Origin: Mobula hypostoma
Lineage: Eukaryota
Reading direction: 5' to 3'
Assembly (NCBI RefSeq): GCF_963921235.1
Contig: NC_086097.1
Coordinates: 242,112,001 to 242,176,000 of the forward strand
DNA: 64,000 nucleotides
Positions 50,618-64,000 of this stretch are shown here, piece after piece (the first letter of the stretch is position 1; the number at the start of each line of letters is the position of its first letter). Below the pieces are notes generated by a model, which worked only from the letters and a program-made list of their open reading frames with translations, was not told the origin of the DNA and searched no databases. The translations under genes and the position numbers were made by a program.

Positions 50618-52605
50618 ATAATGTAAATTTATTATCAAAGTACATACATGTCACCATATCCAACCCTGAGATTAATTTTCTTTGTGGGCATGCTCCATAA
50701 ATCTATAGAATAATAACCACAACAGAATCAATGAACAATCGCCCAACTTGGGCGTTCAACCGGAGTGCAGAAAGCAACAAACTATGCAAATACAAAAACA
50801 AGAAATAATAATAATAAATAAACATGCAAATAAATATCGAGAACTTGAGATGAAGAGTCCTTGAAAGTGAGTCCATAGGTTGTGGGAGCATTTCAGTGAT
50901 GGGGTAAGGGAAGTTATCCCCTTTGGTTCAGGAGCTTGATGGTAATTGTTCCTGAAGCTGGTGGTGTATCCATTTTACCACGTCATTAATATTGTTCTGA
51001 GAAAATTGCTTTTCAGATTCTCCAGGAGCCACAGAAGAAATGGGAACAAACATTTGCATAACGCTAGCTAACCCTGCTTGTTCGTCTGTCTTTAGGGAAT
51101 TGGTTACGTTCCTTTTAAAACAATGACTTCAAAGCTTAAACACAAGAGACTCCTCCTCACAGATGCTGCTCTACCCACAGGTTCCTGCAGCAGATTGTTG
51201 TTTTTTCTCTCCAGATTCTACCTTCTGCAGCCCGTTTATCGACCCCCAAATTATAAATACAAGAAATCCTGCAGATGCTGGAAGTCCAAAGCAACCCACA
51301 CAAAATGCTGGAGGAACTCAGCAGGTCAGGCAGCATCTATGGAGGGGAATAAACAGTAAACGTTTCAGGTTGAGGCCCTTTATCAGGACTGGAAAGGAAG
51401 GGGGAAGAAGCCAGAATAAGGAGGAGGTGGAGGAGCAGTACAAACTGACAGGTGAAAGGTAAGGAGAAGGTGGGTGGGTTGGATAGTGGGTTTTGGGTTT
51501 AACAGGTGAGGCATGGTGGCGTAGTAGTTAGCACAACGCTTTACAGTACAGACGACCCAGGTTCAATTCCTGTAAGGAGTTTGTACGTTCTCCCTGTGAC
51601 TGTGTGGGTTTTCTCCAGGGGTTCTGGTTTCCTTGCACCATCCAAGGATGTACCAGTTGGTCATTGTAAGTTGTCCTGTGACTAGGCTCAGATTAAATCT
51701 GGGAATTGCTAGGCAGTGTAGCTCGAAGGGCTGGAAGGGTCTAATCTGCACTGTATCTCAATAAATAAATAGTTGCAATCTGCTAGTTATAGCCCTGCTA
51801 CAGCAAGCAGGAGGTATTGATATTGGACCAATACTGCAACAGACAGGCCAGGTGCATTGTGGGCAGCGCAGCAGCGTAGTGGCACGCATAATACTTTACA
51901 GAGCTAGTGATTGGCCTGTAAGATCTTTGTCCGTTCTCCCCATGACCACCTGGGTTTCCTCCCACAGTCCAAAGACAAACGGGTTAGGGTTAGTGAGTTG
52001 TGGGCGTGCTGCATTGGTACTGGAAGCTTTGTGACACCTGAGGGCTGTCCCCAGCACATCCTCAGACTGTACTGGTCGCTCATACAAGCAACTCATTTCA
52101 CTGCATGTTTCAATGTACATGTGACAAATAAAACTAATCTTTAGGATATAAGAAGCAAGTGATAATAATCATCAGCATCATTAGTACAAGAAATTATAAA
52201 TTTATAATTTATAAATTATAAATTATGGAAGGAGATTAACGCCCCAACTACATTTTTTTGGTTCTCTCAAACGATACTGTGTTTAAATTTGGAAAAAATC
52301 AGAAGTAAACTTTATGATACTTCAGTTAAATTTGAACAGACCTGGAGATCATTTATTCAATATTTTCATTTAATGTAACTATTTTTTTCCCTCTGACCAT
52401 ATATACATTCCCTTCGTGGATTTTACCTGTTATTAGCAGAGGTTGGGTTTGGTGACGCGATCGTTTAATTGTTCAAGTCTAGTAAACCTAGTTAGCCCAT
52501 TGCTTTGCTTTGCTAGGTTAATTGCATGGTAGGTTTTTTTTCATTCTATTGGTATATATGAAAAATTAGTACACAATTATATTACCTTGTTATTCTATAA
52601 TTAAC

Positions 52606-55600
52606 TATAGAACCATAGAACCATAGAAACTACAGCACAGAAACAGGCCCTTTGGCCCTTCTTGGCTGTGCCGAACCATTTTCTGCCTAGTCCCACTGAC
52701 CTGCACACGGACCATATCCCTCCATACACCTCCCATCCATGTATCTGTCCAATTCATTCTTAAATGTTAAAAAAGAACCCGCATTTACCACCTCGTCTGG
52801 CAGCTCATTCCATACTCCCACCACTCTCTGTGTGAAGAAGCCCCCCCCAATGTTTCCTTTAAACTTTTCCCCCCTCACCCTTAATCCATGTCCTCTGGTT
52901 TTTTTCTCCCCTTGCCTCAGTGGAAAAAGCCTGCTTGCATTCACTCTATCTATACCCATCATAATTTTATATACCTCTATCAAATCTCCCCTCATTCTTC
53001 TGCGCTCCAGGGAATAAAGTCCTAACCTATTCAACCTTTCTCTGTAACTGAGTTTCTCAAGTCCCGGCAACATCCTTGTAAACCTTCTCTGCACTCTTTC
53101 AACCTTATTTATATCCTTCCTGTAATTTGGTGACCAAAACTGAACACAATACTCCAGATTCGGCCTCACCAATGCCTTATACAACCTCATCATAACAGAC
53201 CAGCTCTTATACTCAATACTTCGATTAATAAAGGCCAATGTACCAAAAGCTCTCTTTACGACCCTATCTACCTGTGATGAAACTTTTAGGGAATTTTGTA
53301 TCTGTATTCCCAGATCCCTCTGTTCCACTGCACTCCTCAGTGCCTTACCATTAACCCTGTATGTTCTACCTTGGTTTGTCCTTCCAACGTGCAATACCTC
53401 ACACTTGTCAGTATTAAACTCCATCTGCCATTTTTCAGCCCATTTTTCCAGCTGGTCCAAGTCCCTCTGCAGGCTCTGAAAACCTTCCTCACTGTCTACT
53501 ACACCTCCAATCTTTGTATCATCAGCAAACTTGCTGATCCAATTTACCACATTATCATCCAGATCACTGATGTAGATGACAAATAACAATGGACCCAGCG
53601 CTGATCCCTGTGGCACACCACTAGTCACAGGCCTCCACTCAGAGAAGCAATTCTCTACTACCACACTCTGGCTTCTTCCATCGAGCCAATGTCCAATCCA
53701 ATTTACCACCTCTCCATGTATACCTAGCGACTGAATTTTCCTAACTAACCTCCCATGCGGGACCTTGTCAAAGGCCTTACTGAAGTCCATGTAGACAATA
53801 TCCACTGCCTTCCCTTCATCCACATTCCTGGTAACCTCCTTGAAAAACTCCAATAGATTGGTCAAACATGACCTACCACGCACAAAGCCATGTTGACTCT
53901 CCCTAATAAGTCCCTGTCTATCCAAATGCTTGTAGATTCTGTCTCTTAGTACTCCCTCCAATAACTTACCTACCACCGACGTTAAACTCACCGGCCTGTA
54001 ATTTCCCAGATTACTTTTCGATCCTTTTTTAAACAACGGAACAACATGAGCCACTCTCCAATCCTCCGGCACTTCACCCGTAGACAGTGACATTTTAAAT
54101 ATTTCTGCCAGCGCCCCTGCAATTTCAACACTAGTCTCCTTCAAGGTCCGAGGGAACACCCTGTCAGGTCCCGGGGATTTATCCACTTTAATTTTCCTCA
54201 AGACAGCAAGCACCTCCTCCTTTTCAATCTGTACAGTTGCCATGGTCTCACTACTTGATTCCTTCAATTCCATAGATTTCATGCCAGCTTCCTTAGTAAA
54301 TACAGACACAAAAAAACTATTTAAGATCTCCCCCATTTCCTTTGGTTCCGCACAAAGCCAACCACTCTGATCTTCAAGAGGACCAATTTTATCCCTTACA
54401 ATCCTTTTGCTCTTAATATACTTGTAAAAGCTCTTTGGATTATCCTTCACTTTGACTGCCAAGGCAACCTCATGTCTTCTTTTCGCCCTCCTGATTTCTT
54501 TCTTAAGTATTTTCTTGCACTTCTTATACTCCTCAAGCACCTGATTTACCCCCTGTTTCCTATACATTTCATACAACTCCCTCTTCTTCTTTATCAGAGT
54601 TGCAATATCCCTTGAGAACCAAGGTTCCTTATTCCTATTCAATTTGCCTTTAATTCTGACAGGAACATACAAATTCTGCACTCTCAAAATTTCCCCTTTG
54701 AAGGCTTCCCACCTACCAATCACATCTTTGCCAGAGAACAACCTGTCCCAATCCACGCTTCTTAGATCCTTTTTCATTTCTTCAAATTCGGCCTTCTTCC
54801 AGTTCAGAACCTCAACCCTAGGCCAGATCTATCCTTGTCCATGATCAAGTTGAAACTAATGGCGTTATGATCACTGGAACCAAAGTGCTCCCCTACACAG
54901 ACTTCCGTCACTTGCCCTAATTCATTTCCTAACAGGAGATCCAATATTGCATCCCCTCTAGTTGGTCCCTCTATATACTGATTTAGAAAACTTTCCTGAA
55001 CACATTTTACAAACTCTAAACCATCTAGACCCCTAACAGTATGGGAGTCCCAATCAATGTATGGAAAATTAAAATCCCCTACCACCACAACTTTATGTTT
55101 CCTGCAGTTGCCTGCTATCTCTCTGCAGATTTGCTCTTCCAAGTCTCGTTGACTATTGGGTGGTCTGTAATACAATCCCACTAATGTGGCTATACCTTTC
55201 CTGTTTCTCAGCTCCACCCATAAGGACTCAGTAGACAAGCCCTCTAATCTGTCCTGCCTGAGCACTGCTGTAATATTTTCCCTAACAAGCAATGCTACTC
55301 CCCCACCTTTCATTCCTCTGCCTCGATCACATCTGAAACATCGGAACCCTGGAATATTAACATAGAAACATAGAAACATAGAAAATAGGTGCAGGAGTAG
55401 GCCATTCGGCCCTTCGAGCCTGCACCGCCATTTATTATGATCATGGCTGATCATCCAACTCAGAACCCAGCCTTCCCTCCATACCCCCTGACCCCTGTAG
55501 CCACAAGGGCCATATCTAACTTAACCTGCCAGTCCTGCCCCTCCTGTAGCCAAGTTTCACTAATTGCTACAACATCATAATTCCACGTGTCAATCCACGC

Positions 55601-55860
55601 CCTCAACTCATCTGCCTTCCTTGCAATACTCCTAGCATTGAAATATATACACCTCAGAAGATTTTTACCACCACTCACAACCTTTCTATCAGCGGATTTG
55701 CTTAAACTTTCAAAATCATTTATTTTCACCCCAGCCACACTGTCACTCTTGTTCCCATCCCCCTGAAAATCTAGTTTAAAGCCTCCCCAATAGCACTAAC
55801 AAACCTCCCTGAAAGGATATTGGTCCCCCTGTGGTTCAAGTGTAACCCGTCTCTCTCGTA
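52606..55860 (-). mobile_element. Young CR1 LINE: ORF1 C-terminus and complete but disrupted ORF2 (APE + RT)
   Basis: 696-aa RT ORF (KFADDTK); APE pieces (YFNARSI, SETWL, GDFN, SDH); ORF1 esterase motif DGLHLN near 55835-55852; one frameshift near 54820 and one nested insertion. Confidence 0.95.
55362..55520 (-). mobile_element. Short CR1 3' tail of another subfamily inserted in the APE domain
   Basis: (TTTCTATG)n tail; TSD TTAAC at 55357-55361 and 55521-55525. Confidence 0.8.
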
Positions 55861-55994
55861 CTAACAAACATACGTTGTTTGTATTGTTATTTTTGTATTA
55901 ATATTACTTTGATATTTATATCCTAACAATGTATTGGTTGCTATATGTTTTACTCTTTGTGTACTAATTCAATAAAAAGATTTAAAAAGAAAGG

Positions 55995-57250
55995 AATTAT
56001 AAACTCCTTCGTCCGTGAAACTAAAGCAATTAATTCAAATAGTAGAACTACTTTTGAAAGATATAACTATGAACTTTGGACCAGGTAAGTGCAGAACATT
56101 GAACATAAAGAAAGGTTCAATAGACCCAGTAGAGCATAAACCAGAGCAGCAGGGTACAGTACAACTGAAGGATGAATATGTAACATCTGGGATATCAACA
56201 AGGAATGAAAACAGATCATAAAGGAAAAACTTTCCACAGGGTTCATTTCAAGGCTTAAGAAAATCTGCCAAGCAACTCAATAGTAAAAATATAACAAAGT
56301 CAATAAACGCTTTCACTATACCCATATTAACGTATTCTTTCGGCATAATATCTTGGATCGAAACCAATCTGGAAAATTTACAATGAAAGGTAAGAACTGA
56401 AATGACAAATTTTAGAAAACACTATGTACACTCGAACATACTTAAATCAACACTACTTAGGACAGAAGGAGAAAGAGGAATAACAGACATAAAAACTTTA
56501 CACAACAGTAATGTAAAAGTTCTGAGGATATACTTTCATCAACAAAAACAGGATTCAGCACGCCACGCGAGTACATGCAGTTCTGACAAGAAGTACACGT
56601 CATTAAGCTTAATTGAGAGCACAACCCAGAAAAATGAAGAAATTATCACGATAGAAGAAAAAAGTAATCAATGAAAGAGCATGCTTCCATGGAAAACAAC
56701 CCCACGACCTGAGCAGACTAGATATTAACAAGGAAGCGTTGAACATCATTCATCAAAGTCTTGCTTTAAAATACAAACTCATAAAAGACAAATTACCTTC
56801 TTATAAATACAAGCCTGATCCAGTTTTAGAGTTAGAGTCCCACAAACTGATCCACTATTACAGATAGGACAATCCATAATAACCATCCGGATATAATACT
56901 ACAGGATAAACAAGCAAGAACAACTCACTTAATATATATGTAGTCATTCCAAACCCACATAACATACAGAAACCAATAAGTGAAAAACACCAAGAGTATG
57001 TTGAATTAAAAGAGGAAATTGAAAGACTTTGGAACATGAACAGGGTATACATGGTCCCAATAGTAATATCTACAACTGGTATCTTCCCAAAGGCGCTACA
57101 CAATAGCATTAAACAATTAGACCTACACGGCAATATTTATGTAAACCGCCAGAAAGCCACAATATTAAACAACACTAGAATAGTCCCAAAGTTCCTAGCA
57201 ACTGAGAAATGAGTATGCTTGACTATGCCTTGACCTCAGGTTTAGCAGAG
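55995..57250 (+). mobile_element. Decayed R4/Dong-like non-LTR retrotransposon (RT C-terminus and REL endonuclease)
   Basis: NFGPGKC, INAFTIPILTYSFGIISW, GERGITDI, DRTIHNNHPDIILQDK...IPNPHN...EKHQEYVELKEEIERLW...PIVISTTG...QKATILNNTRIV. Confidence 0.75.
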
Positions 57251-58379
57251 AAAGAATGTAATAACTTATTTCTAGAGCACTTTTCATACAGATGATGTTA
57301 GTTCAAAGTACTTTACCATGGGATAAAGTGCAAACATGAAAATAAAAGACAAAAAAGATGTTGGTTAAAATCAAGGTTAAGTAAATAGGTTTAGGAGTGT
57401 CATCTGAGTCTGTAAATAATAAGACATGTAGACACTGTACCTTAAACAGGCCCTGTTCATATGTAAATGTAAAGCCTTAAAGCATGCCTTCCCTTCCACT
57501 GAAAAATTAAGTGTTCTTGATGTTGGCCTGTTAGAGATGATGGTCTCCGCCACTGAGCACACCTTCAAGAAGCAGGGCCTCAAGAAGGCAGCATCAATCT
57601 TCAAGGACCCTCAACATCTGGGATATTCCCTCTTCCCGTTACTACCGTGAGGGGAGATACAGGAGACTGAACACCAACACAAGACGATTCAGGGATGGCT
57701 TCCTTCCCTGCACCATTCGATTTCTCAATGGTCCATGAACCCATGAACACTACCTCACTATTCCTCTTTTGTGTCATTTATTTATTTTATATTTTTCATT
57801 ATAACTTATAGTAATCATTGTACGTCTTACAATGTACTGTTACCACAGACTTAACAACATATGTCAGAAATAAGAAACCTGATTCTGATTCAGTGAGTTG
57901 TCAGGCCATTGCCCACAGCTGTCACTTCGTCCTATGCCCAGAGTTCAGATACAAATAGACTTTATTCCCTGCAGCGTCGGAGAATGAAGGGAGATTTGAT
58001 AGAGGTGTACAAAATTATGAGGGGTCTCGATAGGATAAATGCAAAGAGATTTTTTTCCATTGAGAAATATTTAAGGGGAACCTGAGGGGGAAGTTCTTCA
58101 CTCAGAGAGTGTGAAGTGAACTGCCAGCGGTAGTGGTGGATGCTGGTTCAAAGAGATATTTGGACGGGAGGGATATGGAAGGCTATGTTTCAGGTGCAGC
58201 TTGATGGGACTAGGCAGATTAATAGTTCAGCATGGACTAGATGGGCCAAAGGGCCTGTTTCTGTGCTGTGGCGTTCTATGACTCAAAATAATGGAATGTC
58301 TGATCCCCTGAGAGGAATTCACTTCTCTGAACCAAGTGCTTTGTTCATCGGTTTGTACAAACTGAAGTACTGACAAATG

Positions 58380-58790
58380 TAATTTCTTCTGCTGGAGAAT
58401 AGTAATTTTTTCTTCCCTCCCCCTCTCTGCTTTCTCTATTCCCCATTCTGGCCCCTTACCTCTTCTCATCTGCCTATCAGCTCTCTCCCTCCTCTTTCCC
58501 TCTCTCCTTCCCTCTCTCCTATGGTCCTCCCTCCTCTCCTATCAGATTCTTCCTCTCCAGCCATTTGCCTTTCCCAGCCACCTGGCTTCACCTATCACCT
58601 TCCAGCTAGCCTCCTTCCCTTCCCCCACCTTTTCATTCTGGCATCTTCCCCCTCCCTTTCCAGTCCTGATGAAGGGTCTCAGCCTGAAACGTCGACTGTT
58701 TATTCATTTCCATAGATGCTGCCTGACCTGCTGAGTACCTCCAGCATTTTGTGAGTGTTGCTCTGGATTTCCAGCATCAGCAGACTTTCT
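58380..58790 (+). mobile_element. Penelope-type terminal repeat with hammerhead motif at 58661-58698
   Basis: CAGTC-CTGATGA-AGGGTCTCAGCCT-GAAAC-GTC-GACTG. Confidence 0.75.
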
Positions 58791-61199
58791 TGCATTTATT
58801 GACAAACACAAATTTTGTGAGTGACTGCTACCATTCCCGAGGCTTCCTACAAAGGAATAAGTTCCACACTACAGATGACGAATGTGATGTCAGGGGTGGG
58901 GGCAATGGTGGTTGGCAGCAAGGTAACAGAGCAGTTAGCACAGGGCTGTACAGTGCCAATGATCGGGGTTTAATTCTGCCACTGAGCTGTAAGAAACTTG
59001 TACATTCTCTCTCTGACTGCACAGATTTCCTCCAGGTGCTCCGGTTTCCTTGCACGTTCCAAAAGGCATTCCGGTTAAGGGTTAGTAAGTTGTGGTGATG
59101 CCACGTTGGCGTTGGAAGCACGGCAACCCTTGCGGGTTGTGCCCAGCACATCCACGGACTGTGATGGTTGTTAACGCAAGTGTTTCAATGTACGTGTGAC
59201 AAATAATGCTTATCTTTAAACCTAAACTGTACATTCGCCCAGCTGGCCTCCCCCTAGGATTCAGCGAGATTCATTAAACATTTGGAGGGATAAATGTTTC
59301 CCTTTTGCCTCTGCGAGCATTTCTACATGGTTTTAGCATTTTTGAAAAGTAATTTCCTCTTTAAAACAGTGTTGAAGTTAACGGAACAGGAACCCGGCTT
59401 GTCTCCAGAAAGAACATCTGGACGACGTGCTTTGTGGAATGTGACTTTTGTAGGACATCAAACAATGTGCTCAAAGTGTTGAGCGATCTATTGGCCCTAC
59501 CGGACTCATTCCAAACTTCCACTGATGTCATTTATTTGATTCTGGATGCTCCAGATCTCACTCCTAATTCATCTAAATTTTAATGGCCAAGAAGAGTGTT
59601 GTACACACATTGGCAGAATAGTCTCCTGGGCTTACAGGCCCTATTGCAGCAGGTGTTTGCAAACCAGAAACAGTTGATGAACTGGGAGGTCCTCTCTCTT
59701 CCAAAGTCTAGGTCTCCAGCATTCAAATCGGGCCACTCTGACATGATTGCTGACTGGTTGTTGTCTGTCATATCCGACGATGAAAGAGTTGGAATGAGAT
59801 GATATGGACTGCACAAAAGGATCTGTGCAGGAGAGTTTTTAAAGTGAAAAGCTGTCGCGCCTGACAGTTCCACTCTCTCGACCTCGGAAGTCCAGTGCCG
59901 GTGGTACGAGTAGTCGTCACAGCTGGGCTCTTCCTTGGCCGCAGTGGATGACCGTGACTTCTTCTGCGCCTTGTTGTGCCCTTCGCTCTCCACGAAGCAT
60001 TGCAGAGCCACCTTCCTGACTGTTGGATTTTGCTGTTGACCTCATCCACCCAGCCTACCAGAGCTGTCTTCGCATGCGAAGACAGGCATGTCCCCATCTC
60101 AATGGGCAACGAGGCCGCCAGCTACCCCCACCTGGTTTAGTTAAGGTGGAGTACCAGGGTGTGGCCGTGATGATCTCCATGAAGCTATCAGAGAATAGCT
60201 ATGCGAGTATGATATTCTCTTGAAGGGTTATTCCCTTTATGGAGAAGGCCTGTGCATGACTTTGTTTAACATGAGGAGGCTGATACATGGGCAGCCACCA
60301 CACGGTCCTGACAGATCGGGCTCAGGATCCAGTGGCACGGAATTCAAGACAACTGCGGACCCTTCACTGGTGCCTTCGCAGCCGTTGTGATGTGTCATCA
60401 CCTTCCACCATTGAGGTCTAGATTGGATTGCTCTTTGTCTGGATTCTCGCCCTTGAATTTACTGTCATGGGTGACCCTACTAGGAGTTAAGCTCCAGGTG
60501 GCATTGCTCTAGGGATCTGAGAAGCTCACAAGCTACTCCATCACGTCAAGGTGATGGTCCTCGGAGAAGTATCAGACATACTCAGACCCAGCACCAGTCT
60601 AAACCCCAGTCCCTGTATAGCCATCAGCTGTGGTAGGGCTTACAAACTAAAATGGGTTACAAAACAAAGTCAGGCGGCATTATCGGCAACAGCACATGCC
60701 TTCCCGCTGAGCTTAATGCATTCTCTGCACACTTTGAACAGAGGGGAATAGGTATATCACCAACAACCCCCCCAAAAAAGCAGCCAGCATAACCGAAGAT
60801 CCAACCCACCCTGGGCACTCCCTCTTCTCCCCTCTCCCATTGGGCAGAAGATACAAAAACCTGAAAGCACGTTCCAGCAGACTCGAGGACAGCTTCTACC
60901 CGGCTGTTATCGACCCTTGGACAGAGCAGATGGACTGTTGACATCACAATCCACCTCGTTATGATCTTCAACTTTATCTTTTACCTGCACTGCACTTTCT
61001 CTGTAGCTTTTACACTTTGTTCTGCATCGTTATTGCTTACCTTGTTCTAACCCAATGCACTGTGTGATAATGTGATCTGTATGAACAGTATTCAAAATGA
61101 GCTTACTACTCTACCTCGGTACATATGACAATTATAAGCCAATTTCAATATCAATGTAACCACACGGCTACCAGTTCTGAAATGATGCTTCAGTCATTA

Positions 61200-64000
61200 A
61201 ACATAGAAACATAGAAAACCTACAGCACAATACAGGCCCTTCGGCCCACAGAGTTGTGCCGAACATGTCCCTACCTTAGAAATTACTAGGCTTACCCATA
61301 GCCATCTTTTTTTCTAAGCTCCATGTACTTATCCAAAAGTCTCTTAAAAGACCCTATCGTATCCGCCTCCACCACCGTTGCCGGAAGCCCATTCCACGCA
61401 CTCACCACTTTCTGCGTAAAAAACTTTCCCCTGACATCTCCTCTCCCAAGCACCTTAAACCTGTGCCCTCTTGTGGCAGCCATTTCAGTCATGGGAAAAA
61501 GCCACTGACTATCTACATGATCAATGCCTCTCATCATCTTATACACCTCTATCAGGTCACATCTCACCCTCCGTCACTCCAAGGAGAAAAGGCTGAGTTC
61601 ACTTAACCTGTTTTCATAAGGCATGCTCCCCAATCCAGACAACATCCTTGTAAATCTCCTCTGCACCCCTTCTATGGTTTCCACATCCTTCCTGTAGTGA
61701 GGCGACCAGAATTGAGTACAGTACTCCAAGCGGGGTCTGACCAGGGTCCTATATAGCTGCAACATTACCTCTCGGCTCTTAAATTCAATTCCACGATTGA
61801 TGAAGGGCAATACACCGTATGCCTTCTTAACCACAGAGTCAACCAGCACAGCTGCCTTGAGTATTTTATGGACTTGGACCCCAAGATCCCTCTGATCCTC
61901 CACACTGCCAAGAGTCTTACCATTAATACTATATTCTTCCATCATATTTGACCTACTGCAATGAACCACCTCACACTCAGCTGGGTTGAACTCCATCTGC
62001 CACTTCTCAGCCCAGTTTTGCATCCTATCAATGTCCAACTGTAACCTCTGACAGCCCTCCACACTATCCACAACACCCCCAACCTTTGTGTCATCAGCAA
62101 ATTTACAAACCCATCCCTCCACTTCCTCATCCGGGTCATTTATAAAAATCACGAAGAGTAAGGGTCCCAGAACAGATCCCTGAGGCACACCACTGGTGAC
62201 CGACCTCCATGAAGAACATGACCTGTCTACAACCACTCTCTACCTTCTCTGGGCAAGCCAGTTCTGGATCCACAAAGCAAGTTCCCCTTGGATCCCATGC
62301 CTCCTCACTTCCTCAATCAGCCTTGCATGGGGTACCTGATCAAATGCCTTGCTGAAATCCATATACACTACATCTACTGCTCTTCCTTCATCAATGTGTT
62401 TAGTCACATCCTCAAAAAATTCAATCAGGCTCGTAAGGCATGACCTGCCCTTGACAAAGCCATGCAGACTATTCCTAATCATATTATACCTCTTCAAATA
62501 TTCATAAATCCTGCCTCTCAGGATCTTCTCCATCAACTTACCAACTACCGAAGTAAGACTCACTGGTCTATAATTTCGTGAGCTATCTCTACTCCCTTTC
62601 TTGAATAAGGGAAGAACACCCGCAACCCTCCAATCCTCCGGAACCTCTCCTGTCCTCATTGATGATGCAAAGATCATCGCCAGAGGCTCAGCAATCTCCT
62701 CCCTCACTTCCCACAGTAGCCTGGGGTACATCTCAACCGGTCCCGGTGACTGATCCAACTTGATGCTTTCCAAAAGCTCCAGCACATCCTCTTTCTTAAT
62801 ATCTACATGCTCAGGCTTTTCAGTCCACTGCAAGTCATCACTACAATCACCAAGATCCTTTTCCATAGTGAATACTGAAGTATAGTATTCATTAAGTACC
62901 TCTGCTACTCCTCCGGTTCCATACACACCTTCCCACTGTCACACTTGATTGGTCCTATTCTTTCACGTCTTATCCTCTTATGCTTCACATACTTGTAGAA
63001 TACCTTGGGGTTTTCCTTAATCCTGTCCGCCAAGGCCTTCTCATGGCCCCTTCTGGCTCTCCTAATTTCCTTCTTAAGCTCCTACCTGTTAGCCTTATAA
63101 TCTTCTAGATCTCTAACATTACCTAGCTTTCTAAACCTTTCATAAGCTTTTCTTTTCTTCTTGACTAGATTTACTACAACCTTTGTACACCATGGTTCCT
63201 GTTCCCTACCATAACTTCCGTCTCATTGGAATGTACCTATGCAGAACTCCACACAAATATCCCCTGAACATTTGCCACATTTCTTCCGTACTTTTCCCTG
63301 AGAACATCTGTTCCCAATTTAAGCGTCCAAGTTCCTGCCTGATAGCCTCATAATTCCCCTTACTCCAATTAAACACTTTTTCTAACTTGTCTGTTCCTAT
63401 CTCTCTCCAATGCTATTGTAAAGGAGATAGAATTATGATCACTAACTCCAAAATGTTCCCCGACTGTGAGATCTGACGCCTGACCAGGTTCATTACCCAA
63501 TACCAAATCAAATACAGCCTTTCCTCTTGTAGACTTATCTACATATTGTGTCAAGAAACCTTGCTGAACACACCTAACAAACCCCACCCCATCTAAACCC
63601 CTTGCTCTAGGGAGATGCCAATCGATATTTGGGAAATTAAAGTCTCCCATCATGACAACTCTTTTATTATTACACCTATCCAGGATCTGTTTCCCTAACT
63701 GCTCCTCGATATCCCTTGTTACTATTGGGCGGCCTATAAGAAACACCCAGTAGAGTTATTGACCCCTTCTTGTTCCTAACCTCCACCCACAGAGGCTCTG
63801 TAGACAATCCCTCCATGACGTCCACCTTTTCTGCAGCTGTGACACTATCTCTGATCAACAGTGCCACGTTCCCACCTCTTTTGCCTCCCTCCCTGTCCTT
63901 TCTGAAACATCTAAAACCCGGCACTTGAAGTAACCATTCCTGCCCCTGAGCCATCCAAGTCTCTGTAATGGCCACCACATCATAGTTCCAAGTGTTGATC
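61200..64000 (-). mobile_element. CR1 LINE with frameshifted ORF2, running off the window end
   Basis: ETWM, GDFNFP, SDH, SCLTSLIEFF and KFADDTK motifs; CR1 tail. Confidence 0.93.

Larger units (their letters stand above)
52205..55993 (+). mobile_element. L1-like LINE 3' end, split by the CR1 (pieces 52205-52605 and 55861-55993)
   Basis: CLNLEKIRSKLYDTSVKFEQTWRSFIQYF* C-terminus, T-rich UTR, AATAAAAAG and A-rich tail at 55971-55993. Confidence 0.65.

Overview
Eukaryotic, repeat-saturated vertebrate DNA. The repeat set (several CR1 subfamilies, Rex1/Babar, HE1-type V-SINEs, Penelope-like hairpins) suggests a cartilaginous fish, probably a ray; this is inference. Only one host gene is supported: a two-exon AARD (FAM167-domain) gene at 34336-36122 (+). 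Most of the rest is nested TEs: CR1 LINEs including a near-complete ORF2, Rex1, an L1 3' end, an R4/Dong-like REL-endonuclease LINE, Tc1, Tigger-like and hAT elements, solo LTRs, and Penelope-derived repeats carrying minimal hammerhead ribozymes. The standout is a 2.1-kb non-autonomous Gypsy-type LTR element at 46012-48122 (LTR, tRNA-Leu PBS, gag, PPT, LTR). Its pol is replaced by fragments of three host genes, recognised as RABEP1, SH3KBP1/CIN85 and SLU7, all fused in the reading frame of the gag zinc knuckle. Homology calls are from memory of these proteins and need a database search to confirm.
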